This document shows positions 38,140 through 50,110 of a stretch of 64,000 nt of DNA, piece by piece. The stretch is from NCBI RefSeq assembly GCF_009834535.1, contig NC_045700.1, forward strand, positions 29,264,001-29,328,000, read 5' to 3'. The position numbers were made by a program, and so were the translations under genes. This DNA is from Camelus ferus. Lineage: Eukaryota. Position 1 is the first letter of the stretch. Each line of letters opens with the position of its first letter. The notes under the pieces were generated by a model, which was given only the letters and a program-made list of their open reading frames with translations, was not told the origin of the DNA and ran no database searches.

Positions 38140-38620
38140 AGCATACTGAGATTAGATTTACACTGGTTTGGGAGAGTTTAGGGATACATTAGTGATAAGT
38201 CCATAGAAAAACAAACCGGAAAACAAATGAATAAGACAATTATTAAGTTTAGGGCTGCAGGAAAGGAAAACTAATCATAGGACCCCACAATGCTCAGATG
38301 TGAATAGTGTACTCATAGTCATAGTAATGTAAATGCTGAATATTGGTCTCCTCAAAATACTCTATAACCCTATCTGTAGGGTAGGAAGTAGGTGGGGGGG
38401 GGGGTCAATAAATAAATAAAGCTAAACTGAAAAGAAAAATAGCATTATAAGCATACTACTAAGAAATGTAACTGTAGGTAACAGGATAAATAGCTGAACA
38501 TTTAAAAAGTCACTGTCCTTGAAATGGGGAGGAGGGTGGTGTTTGGGGACTGCTGTTTCCTCAACAAGCTTGGAGGACAATCTGACTCTTTAAAATCTGT
38601 AAATATATCATTTTGGTAAG
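38140..38620 (+). mobile_element. L1MC4-like 3' end
   Basis: actcatagtcatagtaatgtaaatgctgaatattg..ggggactgctgtttcctcaacaagc..tgactctttaaa. Confidence 0.75.
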
Positions 38621-38900
38621 TTGCTTAAATCTAAAAATGCATGTTACATCCCAGCATGTAATACAAACACTGTGTTTATATGTGTATTTAAGAGGTCTTT
38701 AAGGATTAATTACAGTCAATCATTATTATTTCTAAGGAGTGGAATTATAGCAATGGGAAGAGGAGGAGGAGAAACTTTTATAAACATCAGCAGAGTTGAT
38801 TTTTTGAACGAGCATATATTATTTTGTAGAAATTAGATTTCTACATAAATAAAAATGTATGTAAATTAAAAATTGAAGTAAAACATTGCAAACTAAATAG
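38620..38900 (+). mobile_element. L1ME 3' end fragment
   Basis: ttatttctaaggagtggaattatag..gattttttgaacgagcatatattattttgta. Confidence 0.55.
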
Positions 38901-39709
38901 TAGTTTTATTTATATTAAATTTTGTACACAATCATAAGCATTGTACATTAATTTTGAAACTCAAATGACTTGGCTGAATTATCCGTTTATCATTTGGAGA
39001 CTGGTTTGGGGAAGACGTAACTGTGTAACGCACAGGAACACAGACTAATCAAGTGGCATATTTGATGAGGTGAAGTGAGACCATTGCACACAAAAGCAGG
39101 TTGTACATTTTAAAATGCAGAACAAATGAATGTATCAATTATAACACCTGGAGCTGTAGTCAAATAGTAAACCAGAAGAAGGCAAATGGTAGCCCAGAGA
39201 AGTGCTCTTTTTTAAGATGACCCAGAACCTCTTTGGAACCTTCCAGAACTGATTACCATTCAAATACCTACTTCGATAATGACATGTTTGGCTTCTGTGG
39301 GTCTCAGCATCAAGTATAGCATTTAAATGAAGCTCTATCATTGAGATTAACTGTAAGGAAAGAGCATGTGATTAGCTAACTTGGTCAGAGAACTAGTTGA
39401 GCACAGCCAGCTTCCTTGCTTTGATCTCTGAGTGGGCAGCCTGGCTTGGTTCTATGCCTTAGCCACAAACTGTACTTCCAAACCCAGCAGTCTCAAAACT
39501 ACGTGCCACAAAGGCGATTAGACAGAGGAGTGGAGTTAACCTATGTGAATCCAACCATACTATCCAAGAAAGAGCTGAAATAATGTTCCACTATGTTAGG
39601 TAACTAGCAACGCATCTTATGATTAGGCAACATGTTACTGTTTCAACATACTTGCTGCTTTACTCCTGCTGCTGGGAATTTCTGCTTTCTTTTGACTAAG
39701 GTACTTAGA

Positions 39710-40180
39710 ATCACTACAGTGGAAGGGCCTGATAGGTCATTTGGGCCACGTCACTGCATGATGCAGAGCTTTTCTCTACAGCTTCCCTGGGAAAAGTAGT
39801 TTAGTCTCTGCTTGGTCATTTCCAGTGGCCACGGGGGTGGGGAGGATTCATCGTGTCAAATGGTTATTCATTGCGTTGTTGGGCAGTGATAGTTGTTAAA
39901 AGTTTCTCCTGTTGATGGGTCCATTGATCCTAGTTTTGTTCTGTGGCAGAATATTGGACAATTTTAATCTTTCTCTGGATTGTGTATAGACAACCCCTGT
40001 CTTCCAATGCCTTCTGTTTCTTGATGAAAAAGTTTCTTAATCATTTCTCCAGTTTTCCTCACTCTTTCATCTTCTTTATGATTCAGATATGTTCCAGATT
40101 GTCAATGTATAGTCCTCAGATCCAAATACAAATCTAGGTCCACCTTGTGCAAGCAGGGCGGTCACCTTCTTGGCCTGTCC
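39710..40180 (-). mobile_element. L3/CR1 LINE 3' fragment
   Basis: agaatcactacagtggaagggcctgataggtcat..agtctctgcttggtcatttccagtgg..ttgggcagtgatagttgttaaaagtttctcct. Confidence 0.65.
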
Positions 40181-41228
40181 AGTTTCTTGCCTGTAGAGTT
40201 TTATAAAGGTAACACAAGAAAGAAGAGCCATTGGCAGCTCCAAGTCCAGTGTGGCTTATGTTGGCCTCCTGTTTCTTACCCTGAATCTTACCCTGGACTT
40301 TCCTCCAAGGATCAAAAATGATCAGGGCAACAAATCAAGGACCAAATTGAAATATCGGGCCAATTTTGAGAAAGTGAATAACTCTACTAGCGGTAAACAA
40401 ATTCCTTTGTGAGTCGTGTGGTTTCCAAAGCATTGCTAGTAACAAAACTGAAGGAGAGCCTAATCCAGTTATCAAAGAACAGATCATTAGAAATAACTTT
40501 TGCATGATGGATCCCTGCACAGCATGTAACTGAGAAAACATGAAAGGAATTGAGTGATACTTTTATAATAAAACTCCTTCCATTCTCATCTATTTGTGCA
40601 AACAAGTTTACTTAGTGCTTACTACTACAAAAACAAAAAACAGTAATCACCTTAAGGCTGAATGCTGTTTAATTCTAACAATATATAACATTTGTTCATG
40701 GATTCATGAACTAATTTTTTAAAAGCACAATTCATCTTATTTAGAAATGCATCTCCGCTACAATTTTGCTTTTCATGCTTAACGAACATGTGTTCAAATG
40801 TGTAATAATTTATGCTGTTTGGGGCAACTGTATATGAATAATAATTATCTTAATTCAGATTATTTCAAATAATGAGAATCTGTGACCACAGAAATTTTTT
40901 AAAATTGTAGATTTAAATGTATATACGTATTCTTTTTGAGCTGCTATAGGGTGATTAATAAAAGACTTTCAAATATAAAAATATGAAAAAGCGAAATGGA
41001 AATATGAGTTCCCATAAAAAAGAATAAAATAAAATTTCATACAATTAAGAGGATCATGTTCCTATGTTTTAAAAATAAATGATCCAAAATATCAAATTAT
41101 AAAATTATCTAAATTCCTCTGGATACATTTAAAAAGCTAAAGTAACTGTTTCATTTTTAAGTGTCAATGTTACTGACATGCCAGAAATTATGTTCTTTAG
41201 AAGTACTTCAAGAATTATATTCTTCAAA

Positions 41229-41370
41229 GAGAGGGTATAGCTCAATGTTAGAGCACCTGCTTAGCATGCACAGGTGGTGGGTTCAATTCCCAGTAGCTCC
41301 ATTAAAAGAAAGAAAGAAACCTAATTACCTCCCCCAAAACAAACAAACAAACAAAAACTATTAAAATAAA
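41229..41370 (+). mobile_element. Camelid Vic-1-like SINE with 19-bp TSD
   Basis: gagagggtatagctcaatgttagagcacctgcttagcatgcac..ggttcaattcccagtagctccatt; TSD aagaattatattcttcaaa (41210-41228) / aagaactatattccttaaa (41371-41389). Confidence 0.93.
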
Positions 41371-42711
41371 AAGAACTATATTCCTTAAAACTACTTATAA
41401 TCAAAATTTATAGATGTCAAGCTAGAACCATGTAAAAGGTACATCTTTCTTCTTAATGAAAATGAAACACATGTTAAGTTGTTTTCCCTTACATGACCAA
41501 AAGAGTTTGGATATCACTTCCTTAAACCTCTCACTAAGAAGCCTGGTGGTACTCACTCACACTCCAGACTAAGAGAGACACAAAAGCAGTTTGGAAGCAT
41601 GTCTCAGCCATGTCGTCCTTTCATGCTCTTGGTTGAAGGCAAGGTGCTAAAAGCTGAAGGATGACACTTGATTAAGGGTGGACACGGAGGGATGGGGCCG
41701 AGCCGAGAACAGTAGAGATGGGATTACACCTCACTACTCTTGCACACTGCAGTGGACCTTGCCTACTAGACTTCTCTCATGAAACTGCTATTTCTCCCAT
41801 TTGCTACATTGGAGTCAAATATTTGATGTTTGCATGTCAGGTAAAAAAAAAAGTACATTAAGCACAATGCCAGCAGAATATATATTTCACCTACTTGTGT
41901 GCTTTTTAAATTGTCAAAGTTCTAATGACTGTCAGAATTCCTTCTGTGGGCTCTCTAGGGGCAATTCTAGTCATGCTGCCCTTAAATGATTGACACCTTT
42001 CCTTGCTCATTGATTTTTCATACCATGTGAAATGAAACTGTGTCTCTCACGGAGTTTTGGAAAAGCAGATAGAGATGCTGCCACCATCTCTGATTTAATT
42101 TGAGGGCCTCATTTCCTGCCTGATTGAGCTCATGTAGTTTTATGGAAAATTATACAGCCTCATCAGAACACCCTCACGAGTCAGTCCTTTGAGGAAATCT
42201 GGAGCGGGGACCTCTCCTACCCAAGAAAAAGAATGTCTTACTCAGCAGGGCCCGGCAAGGGGAGAAGGCAGCCTGGGTGCAACTGACTCAGGGATGCCCT
42301 GAGGAAAGGCAGTTCCTTTGCTTTCAAAAAAGGCAGAGGCTCATTTGACAACCAGCAAAAAATGACATTTCAGAAATGGCTAGACTCTCAGCAAATTTTT
42401 CAATTACTTTTAAAGAAACCTTTTAATGATCGCAACCATTTATTTATAGGCTTGGCTGTATTCTGAACAGGTTGATCCACTCTGATTAAAAACCAAATAT
42501 ATAAATAGTTATGAAAAATAAAGTAGAAGGATTAATTTTTCTTCCCCTAGCAGCAGTATAAGCGTACTTCTTGGAATAAGGGAGTTGTATACTATGTTAT
42601 CTCCATGGTTCCTTCTGATTCCATCAGTGGTAATCTATGCTCCTAGATGTAGCTAATCCATCACTGAAATTAAAAAGGGACCAGATAGAAATGCATTCTC
42701 GATGGTGGAGT

Positions 42712-42830
42712 AAGAGAATCATAGACTTTCAGAGTTAGAGATAACATTAGAAGTTATCCCATCTAGTGTCTGGCTTCAGATGAGGTAAAGTGAGGCCCAG
42801 TATGTTCAGATCACCTATTCAAAGATGAAT
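42712..42830 (-). mobile_element. MIR3/MIRb fragment
   Basis: agaatcatagactttcagagttagag..cagatgaggtaaagtgaggcccag. Confidence 0.75.
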
Positions 42831-42989
42831 AATGGCAAAACTTGCATTGGAATCCTGTTCTAATGGCCCACTGTTTTTCATACCCTTTGTTCATCTTATC
42901 TTAGTGTATGAGAGAAATGTAAAAATAGTGAGAGTCCTCTCTCCCTTTGGCAGTTCTGTTCATTAGCAAAACTAATAGACAACCTCACT

Positions 42990-43425
42990 CCCTTCTTCCC
43001 TGCCACCCCCACTCTAGAGGCCAAAGAAGTTAAATACGCCCATTCCTCGTGTCCGTTGCCTTCAGAGGTACTCGCTGACATAGCTCTGGCCGTGAAATGC
43101 AAATGAATGTCTGCCAGGGGCTCAGAGGAAGACTTTGCCTTTTTGGATAAAAGTTATAGAGAGCTACCCGTTGTCTTTTACTTTCTTCCTGCCTTGGATA
43201 CATATGTGCAGCCTGGAGCTGAGCCAGCCGTCTTGAGAAGTGACAAACATGAAGAAGCATCCAAGAAAGTTATAGAGATGCCCTGACACGTTTAGGCCTC
43301 TGAACCGTCAACAACTGTTACTTATTTCCAGGTTTCCTGTTATGTGAGAAAAAATAACCTCCTCTTTGTTTGGCCACTTTATTTGTACCTCATGTTATCT
43401 GTAGCCAAAAACATTCCTTACTGAC
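42990..43425 (+). mobile_element. MLT1J/K-like LTR
   Basis: cttcctgccttgga..gcctggagctgagccagccgtcttgag..cctgttatgtgagaaaaaataacc..tgtagccaaaaacattccttactgaca. Confidence 0.7.
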
Positions 43426-43601
43426 ATTTCCTTTCCTTGTTTTGTGCATAAAATCATACTGTACAAAGGAGACCCAGGACGCCGACCTGGGAGCCCAGTA
43501 AATGTGTTTTGATGGCTTAGGTCACCTGAGGAAAGAAGGGAAGTGCTTCCTCAGCATCTGCTCCCTGTCCTTCTGTGTTCTTTACCTTCAAACTCATTCC
43601 T

Positions 43602-44122
43602 TGTAGGGGATTAAAGTGGCCACCCAAAAGTATTTCCAAGTCCTAAGCCTTGGTATCTGAGAAGAGGACCTTTTTTTGAAAATAAGGTCTTTGCAGATGT
43701 AATCAAGTTAAGGATCTTGAGACTAGACCATCCTGAACTTAGGATGTGCCCTGAATCTGACATCGGATGTCTTTGTAAGACAAAGGAGAGGGAGATCCAA
43801 CACACTCAAACTCAGAGAAAAGGGTGGAGCTCGCTTCAGCAGCACATATACTAAAATCAGACTCAGAGAAGAGGGCCGTGTGAAGATGGAGGTAGAGATG
43901 GGAGGGCAGTCACAAGCCAAGGAATACAGGATTGCCGGCAGCACAGGGAGCTGGGGGAGGCGCCTAGGAGGGACTGTCTCTCAGAGTCTTCAGAGGAACA
44001 TGGCCCTGCTGACACCTTGGTTTCAGGCTTGTGACCTCCAGAGCTGTGAAGGAAGCATTTTCTGTTGTTCTCAAGCCACCAAGTTTGTGGTAACTTGTTA
44101 TGACCTCCCTAGGAAACTTACA
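43602..44122 (+). mobile_element. Full-length MLT1C/D solo LTR carrying a U6 insertion
   Basis: tgtagggg..ggtctttgcagatgtaatcaagttaaggatcttgag..gtgtgaagatggagg..caagccaagga..aagccaccaagtttgtggtaacttgtta..aggaaacttaca; flanked by tcct direct repeats. Confidence 0.93.
43827..43857 (+). pseudogene. RNU6: 3'-truncated U6 snRNA retrocopy (nt 1-31)
   Basis: gagctcgcttcagcagcacatatactaaaat vs U6 GTGCTCGCTTCGGCAGCACATATACTAAAAT, 29/31 identical; 18-bp TSD caaactcagagaaaaggg (43807-43824) / cagactcagagaagaggg (43858-43875). Confidence 0.92.
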
Positions 44123-46599
44123 TCCTCTCAAAGATGCTTAGTGCTTTGGTGCTGCAGGGGAAGAGTCTGAAGAAGGGAGAGTGAGGCACACAACACACTC
44201 AGTACAACCATGTTCAGAGCCCAGGTAAGGCGGCCCTTAATTTTCCATGAAAATCCTACTCCAGAATATAGCATAAGGGTGGAAGGACTGGCAATTTGAT
44301 GAAAAAACTGTCATTTCACCAAGTATTTTAGCAGTTACCTGAATTTTTTTTTTTTAAGAAAATGAAGGCAAAGAGTGAGTAGACATTCTGCCCAAAGGCC
44401 AGGCATTATGCAGAATCTTATCCAGTTACCAAGAGTTAAGTTGAAGGGATGTTTGGCAATGACTGGCATAGTTGTTAAATCAATGAGACAATGATGGGTG
44501 GGGGACAGGAAGTCTGTTTTTTCATTAGTGAAGGTGCTAACTGGTCTGTAATTCTCAAGATTCTACATAGTCAAGCATATTCCCTTCCAAAATATCAACA
44601 TCATCCCATTGAGAAACTGACCTTGAGGATCTTGGGAAAGCTCAGCTACCGACACTCCCATTTTTATTAGGCGTCCTGTTAAGGCCCACACACATCTTGT
44701 ACCCATAGAGAATGGGGAACCATCCTCCTTATCTATGTTAATTTTGGATACATTGTCCAGGACCATGGCCCAAAGTTCATGCCAAGCCTACTTCCTTGCA
44801 CTTCCTTGGCTAGGGCAGGGAAAATAGGGCAAATTCAACGACTTACTCACCATTGATCAAGAGTAAGGGCCTGTGTTTTCTTTTAAATACACACTTTCTC
44901 CATTATACATTCTGGCAGAGGCTGTATTAAAATTGTAATTAATGAAAGAAATGTTAATTCAAGTGATATATTATTTAATGAATTCATGATTCATTAACTT
45001 GAAAAGAATCCATTTGTTTGCCTAAAATGAATCTCAGTGATGGAACTATATAATTATTTAGTATGAATAATGATAGCACATTTAATAAAATTAGAACAAT
45101 TTTTGGTAAATTTTACAGATTGGGATTAATTAATAGTAGTTATATATAATAGTTTTATATTTCTATATGTAAATAACACTAGTATGATAATTTAAATATT
45201 CTAATGCAGTTCTAATATAGCAACCCCAGTTGTAGCACCCTATTCTTACAGTAAAAGTTTTCCAAGTCACCATAATGAGCCAATAAACTTAAAGTTGTAT
45301 TCCTGCTATCAAATCTGCTTCTTTAATAACAGAAGCATTGGATGTGGAGAGATATAGTGGTTTATTTCATCTGGGTTGATATAACGTTCTCTAGTAATCA
45401 CTATTATCCTAAAATCTGTATCATGCTCTTAAGAAACAAATGCCACACATGATGGTTTTGCAGAACGGGTGTATTATAATGGCAATTTTTCCCTCCTAGA
45501 AATAAGCAGCAAGGTAAGGAAAGAAGAAAGTAACCAGTCCAAGACAACTCTAGCCCTGGGAGACATCACTGGGCTCAGTTTTATTTTCCTGCATGGAAGA
45601 ATGGACATCCTTTTAAAATAACTGAAATCCAGCTGCACATAAGCCATAGGGATTTAAGTCATCCTATTCCAGAGAGGAAAATTATTTTGAAATAACAGAG
45701 CATTTATTCTATTATAAGGCTCTAAGAACAAACTGTTCTGTATCAATGGCCAAAAGAGGGAGACTGTTCTATACCAAGCCAGACTGAAGCCCAGATACTT
45801 GACGCCACAGTCAGTGATAGGATGGAGACTGGGACCCCGATGTCCTGAATCTCTGCCCAGTGGTCAATCATGAAAATGCTAGAAATTGCATAAGATGCAA
45901 TCTGGGAAAATGAGAAAACAAGAGAAATCCATAAGAAGAGGAGGAAACATTTGGTGCCTATGGCAGACTCATTGACAAGGAAAAGATCATGCAGAAGTGC
46001 CACGATTGTTCCAGAAGGCCTGACCTCTAACTCCCCTCATGAGGAAAGGGGTTTTCTTCTGGTTGTGTTGCCCTCCAGGGTTGTTTTGGGTCAGTGTCCT
46101 GCAGACTGGTCAACGCAGTGTGTATTCAGCTGTAAGAGTGTGTGAACCAGTCCTAAGTTCATCTGTGGAGCTGCCTGTGAATGGGGCCTTTTCACAATGG
46201 GGTGAGCCACCTGTTGATGTGGAGAAGGAAGTACAGATTTGGAACTGGGTCTCAGAAATTAGAAAGGCTAAATGGACCGTGCGTATTTTCTAAAAATATA
46301 CCTTAGAGTCTACACGATTTGGGGCTCCCCACGATAACCATAATGACTAGTGAATTCTGAATATCCATTTTAGCTGGCACGAGGCAGACTTCACTTTAGG
46401 CCTAGTGTAGACAAGGCAAGTGAATTGAGTCAGAACACAAGAAATCCTTTTATGTGGAAGTGTACAGAAGACACTGAATTCATCATTCCTTTCATAATGA
46501 ACAAGCATAATAAGCTTTTTCCCTACCTTTTCCAAGTATCACTAACAATTCTATTAACTAATGTAGAGTAGACAGGTACCTGGTTGGTTGGTTGGTTTG

Positions 46600-46900
46600 C
46601 TGGTTTATTCATTCATTAAATATCGACCGAGAACTTTCCGTGGGAAAAGCTTAGATGGAAACAAACATGAAGGAGAGACAATGGCCTTGTCCTTAAGAAG
46701 CTCACAGCTAGACAACAATGGTCAATACAATGTGACAATGACAAGTTCAGGTCAGTGGCATGAGCAAAAATGATCAGCCTCATGTGGGCAAGCAGGGGAC
46801 TTTTGTCAACAAGGAGGTTGCATTTGAACAAGGAAACAGAAGGATGAAGAATTGGAGCTAAAGGCATTCCAGACAGAGGGAAAAGCAAAGCCGTCAAAGT
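46600..46900 (-). mobile_element. L2 fragment
   Basis: tttattcattcattaaatat..ccttgtccttaagaagctcacagctagaca..ttccagacagagggaaaagc. Confidence 0.7.
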
Positions 46901-46914
46901 CTGAGATAATACTA

Positions 46915-47130
46915 GATGGCAGTTTCTGAGGACTTGCTATGGCCAGGAGCCGTTCTAAGCATTTTCATGTCTTAACTCATTTGATTCTCGCAACAACCCA
47001 ATGAGGTGGGTGCATTTCTTTGGACAGGATTTGCAAATTTAGGTCCAGAAAGGCCAGGTCACTCTTCCAAGATTTCAGACATGGTGAAGGCACAGCTGGG
47101 ATTCCAGCCCAAGCGGTCTGCCCTTGGAGC
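46915..47130 (-). mobile_element. MIR
   Basis: gttctaagcattttcatgtcttaactcatttgattctcgcaacaacccaatgaggtggg..ctgggattccagcccaagcggtctg. Confidence 0.8.
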
Positions 47131-48769
47131 CCTCCTGCCCCACAGCACACAGTCCTGATGGAGCGCTGGGAGTCTAAACAGGAAGCCTGGTTTGGTGCGG
47201 GTGAAGCGCAGGCTGCTTGAAGGAGCGGACCAAAAACAGGGAGTTTGGGGGCCATTCTCCAAGGCTCAACAGCTGGCCTGTGAAGACAGGCAGAGAAGAG
47301 GAATTTTGAGAAACAGCCAGTGTTTGGTGCTGGGCTACCACGAAGGCCAGAAAACAAAAAACACATATTGAGAAACATTAATCAATTAATTAATTAAATG
47401 TTGCTCTAATCACACGTACAGATGAACAATCCTCAACTACCTTAGCATTGTAACGCTGGGTTTTGTTCTTTTGCGACACATTTATTCTCTAGCCAGTCTC
47501 CCTCAAGTGTTAGATGCACGTATTTTCAGTAGAGTTGTCTGGGGAATGTTATGACACTGTTTAACATACCAGCAGATCCCCTGCAGTATGACAGTCACCA
47601 GGGCGGATGGCGCGGTGATTTTATTGCTTCAGTTCTCATAGTAGAATACACATGCCCAGGGTTTCCTTTTCCCGCAGGCATTTCTCTTTCTAAGTCACAG
47701 AACAGCAGTGTCGGCTAGTGGCGCACTTGAGCTTGGTCAGCGCCTGGTGTCAGGAAGCCCTCATTCAATCCGACTGCAATCATCATGTCCCTTTGGGAAC
47801 TGTGTTCGTCTGGTGTGACCCCAGCGGGTTATCAGGGCTCTAAAGCTAATTGCTGGTGTCCATGCTTTAAGATACAAATGTGTCTTGTGTGTTTCTTATG
47901 GAAAGCAACAAATTGAGAAAAGATGTCAGCCACCTGGGATGTTTACCAGTGGACTTTGAGGGCAAAGTGTCTTCTGAGACACCAGGACCGACCAAGCCTC
48001 ACAGTATTACCACAGTGACCTTGAGAACGAAGTTCGCTCACGTGCATCTGAGCATGGAAAATTTGCTTTCATTCCATGTCTGCTGGTAGATCAGTGCATT
48101 TTTACTTCTTTGCTTCCTTCCATTCTGAGTAAAACTGTCTCTAGGGTTTTCAAAATATAGAAGATAAAAACTTACAAGATGGAGAGCAATTTTTTTCTAG
48201 CCTCTAAAAATGAATTCTTCTTTGGAGACTAATTGTGAGGAGGAAGAGGGGGAGGAGGAGGAAATGGAGAGGAGGGAGTCAGAGGGGGTGGGGGAGGAAA
48301 GGGGAGAAGCAGAGAAAGGAGACGAGGAAAGCAATTGTTCTATTAAGTCAGCAAAACTGGCTCAGTGACTGTCACCCTGAAGGGTCATTGGGCCACCACC
48401 AAAAGCAACAAGCCTGATCCTTTGGTCTGTGGCCCCAGGTGCAGACCCAGGGAAGGCGCAGCCCAGCTCTCAGAGAATACTGGGAGAACATACTTGTCCA
48501 CTTCTCTCTCACACTGCCCTTGGCTGTTTCTTATCCCATCTTTAGTTCTTGGAGCAGGAGCTGCATTTGAGTTGATGACTTTGAGAGAAATGGAAACGTT
48601 CTCCATGCCTTCTCCCTGCTAAAGAACAGCGGGAGAGCTGTGTACTTTCCACACTGGTTGAGGGCCACAGTGAATGGGAACAACAAAGGTATCAGGAACA
48701 AAGCACGATGCTACCACCTACAAGAGACTTTCGATGCCTTCCCATATTTGCTTTATTATTTTTAGCTGC

Positions 48770-48985
48770 CGTTTCTCAAGCATTTGTATTGTTGGCAACT
48801 ATGAAATTCTTAGATGCTTTATCTCACTTAGTTTAATCTTCAAAACAACTTTGTGGGCTAAGCATAAATATTCCCTAACTAGGGTCCTGGAGAATGTAAA
48901 GTAATCAGAGCAAGATCACACACCTGGTGAAGTGACTGAGTTCAGGTTCAAACTCAAGCTCCAAAGTCAACACTCTTATCCACTT
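48770..48985 (-). mobile_element. MIR, degenerate
   Basis: tttaatcttcaaaacaact..caagatcacacacctggtgaagtga..tccaaagtcaacactctt. Confidence 0.7.
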
Positions 48986-49414
48986 AATTACACTTCAAAG
49001 AACTTACTCACAAAGGCACCATGTCACTGTTTTTAGTGTTTATCACGTTCTGCTTTGTATGATTTTTTAAAATCTTTGCTTAAAATACTATAATGAAAAA
49101 TATTTTGGATGTGGAATTAAATTTTAAGTTTTAAAACTTAAAATTCTACTTCCTCCTACAAGTGACCCTTGTGTAGGATATACCTTTGACTGACTCTAAA
49201 CAGAAAGGAGCATCTTTATATGGTGGCCAGGAGTATGCCAAGGCCTCAGGTGCCCAGAGCTCCCAGGGGCCTTGCCGAGCTTGGACTTGCAGACTTTACA
49301 GTGTGCTCTGCTGGAAGATCTCAGAGACTCTGAAACCCTCTCTTGACTTTTCCTCAGAGGTCTGTTAAGTGCCTGCTCTTGGCTGGAGACACAAGAATCC
49401 CCAACTGTGTTCTA

Positions 49415-49635
49415 ATTGTACCAGTAGGAATATACATATATATATCCCTGGTTCCTAGCACAGAGCTCCTAAAATCCTTGTAATTTCTTAAGTGATAAGA
49501 ACACTAGGAGCATCTTTTGTTCTAATATTTGGTCTTTGACCTGGTTCCTGACACAGACCTTCTAGATGCCTTGGAATTTCCTAGGTGAAAGGAGGTCCTT
49601 TGCTCTAATGAGGTGAGTCTCGGTGGATACCATCC
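49415..49635 (+). mobile_element. MER21-family LTR, 5' part
   Basis: cctggttcctagcacagagctcctaaaatccttgtaatttcttaagtgataagaacactaggagcatcttttgttctaat, with an internal repeat of the same motif. Confidence 0.75.
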
Positions 49636-49951
49636 TTACAAGTGTCACTAGGGTTCATACAAGTTTGGGGAGTGTCTCTAAAATATGCTTTAATTCTACC
49701 AATAAGAGCCCATTTCTGAAATCCGTTATGCTAATTGACAAGTCACTGATTTAAAAAAATCTCTGACATCCAATGTGTTTATTAACTAAACGTCTGATGT
49801 TGCCCTAAGAATTATCACTTCTGGAGGGTGGCCCTTTGGGTTTACTATTGGCTGATATCTCTGCAGTGTGAATTACTCACAGTTCATACTGCCTGCTACA
49901 GCTGGTCTGTAATTTAACATTCCCACACACAACATATCACATTGTCTAGGC

Positions 49952-50110
49952 TAGCAGTTCTTTACCTTGGCTGCACATTAGAATCACCTAGAGAGCTTTA
50001 AAAAAAAAAAAAATCCAATGCCAAATATCATCCCCAGAGACTCTGATTTAATGGCCAGGTAGGATCCCGACATCAGTATATTTTTAAAGGTCCTCAGGTG
50101 ATTTTAAAGA
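49952..50110. mobile_element. MER5A MITE
   Basis: gcagttctttaccttggctgcacattagaatcacctagagagcttt..ccccagagactctgatttaat..cctcaggtgatt. Confidence 0.85.

Noticed and set aside
44220-45520. Plus-strand AG|GTAAGG donors (44224, about 45513)
   Set aside because: No credible upstream exon; several such hits are expected by chance per strand
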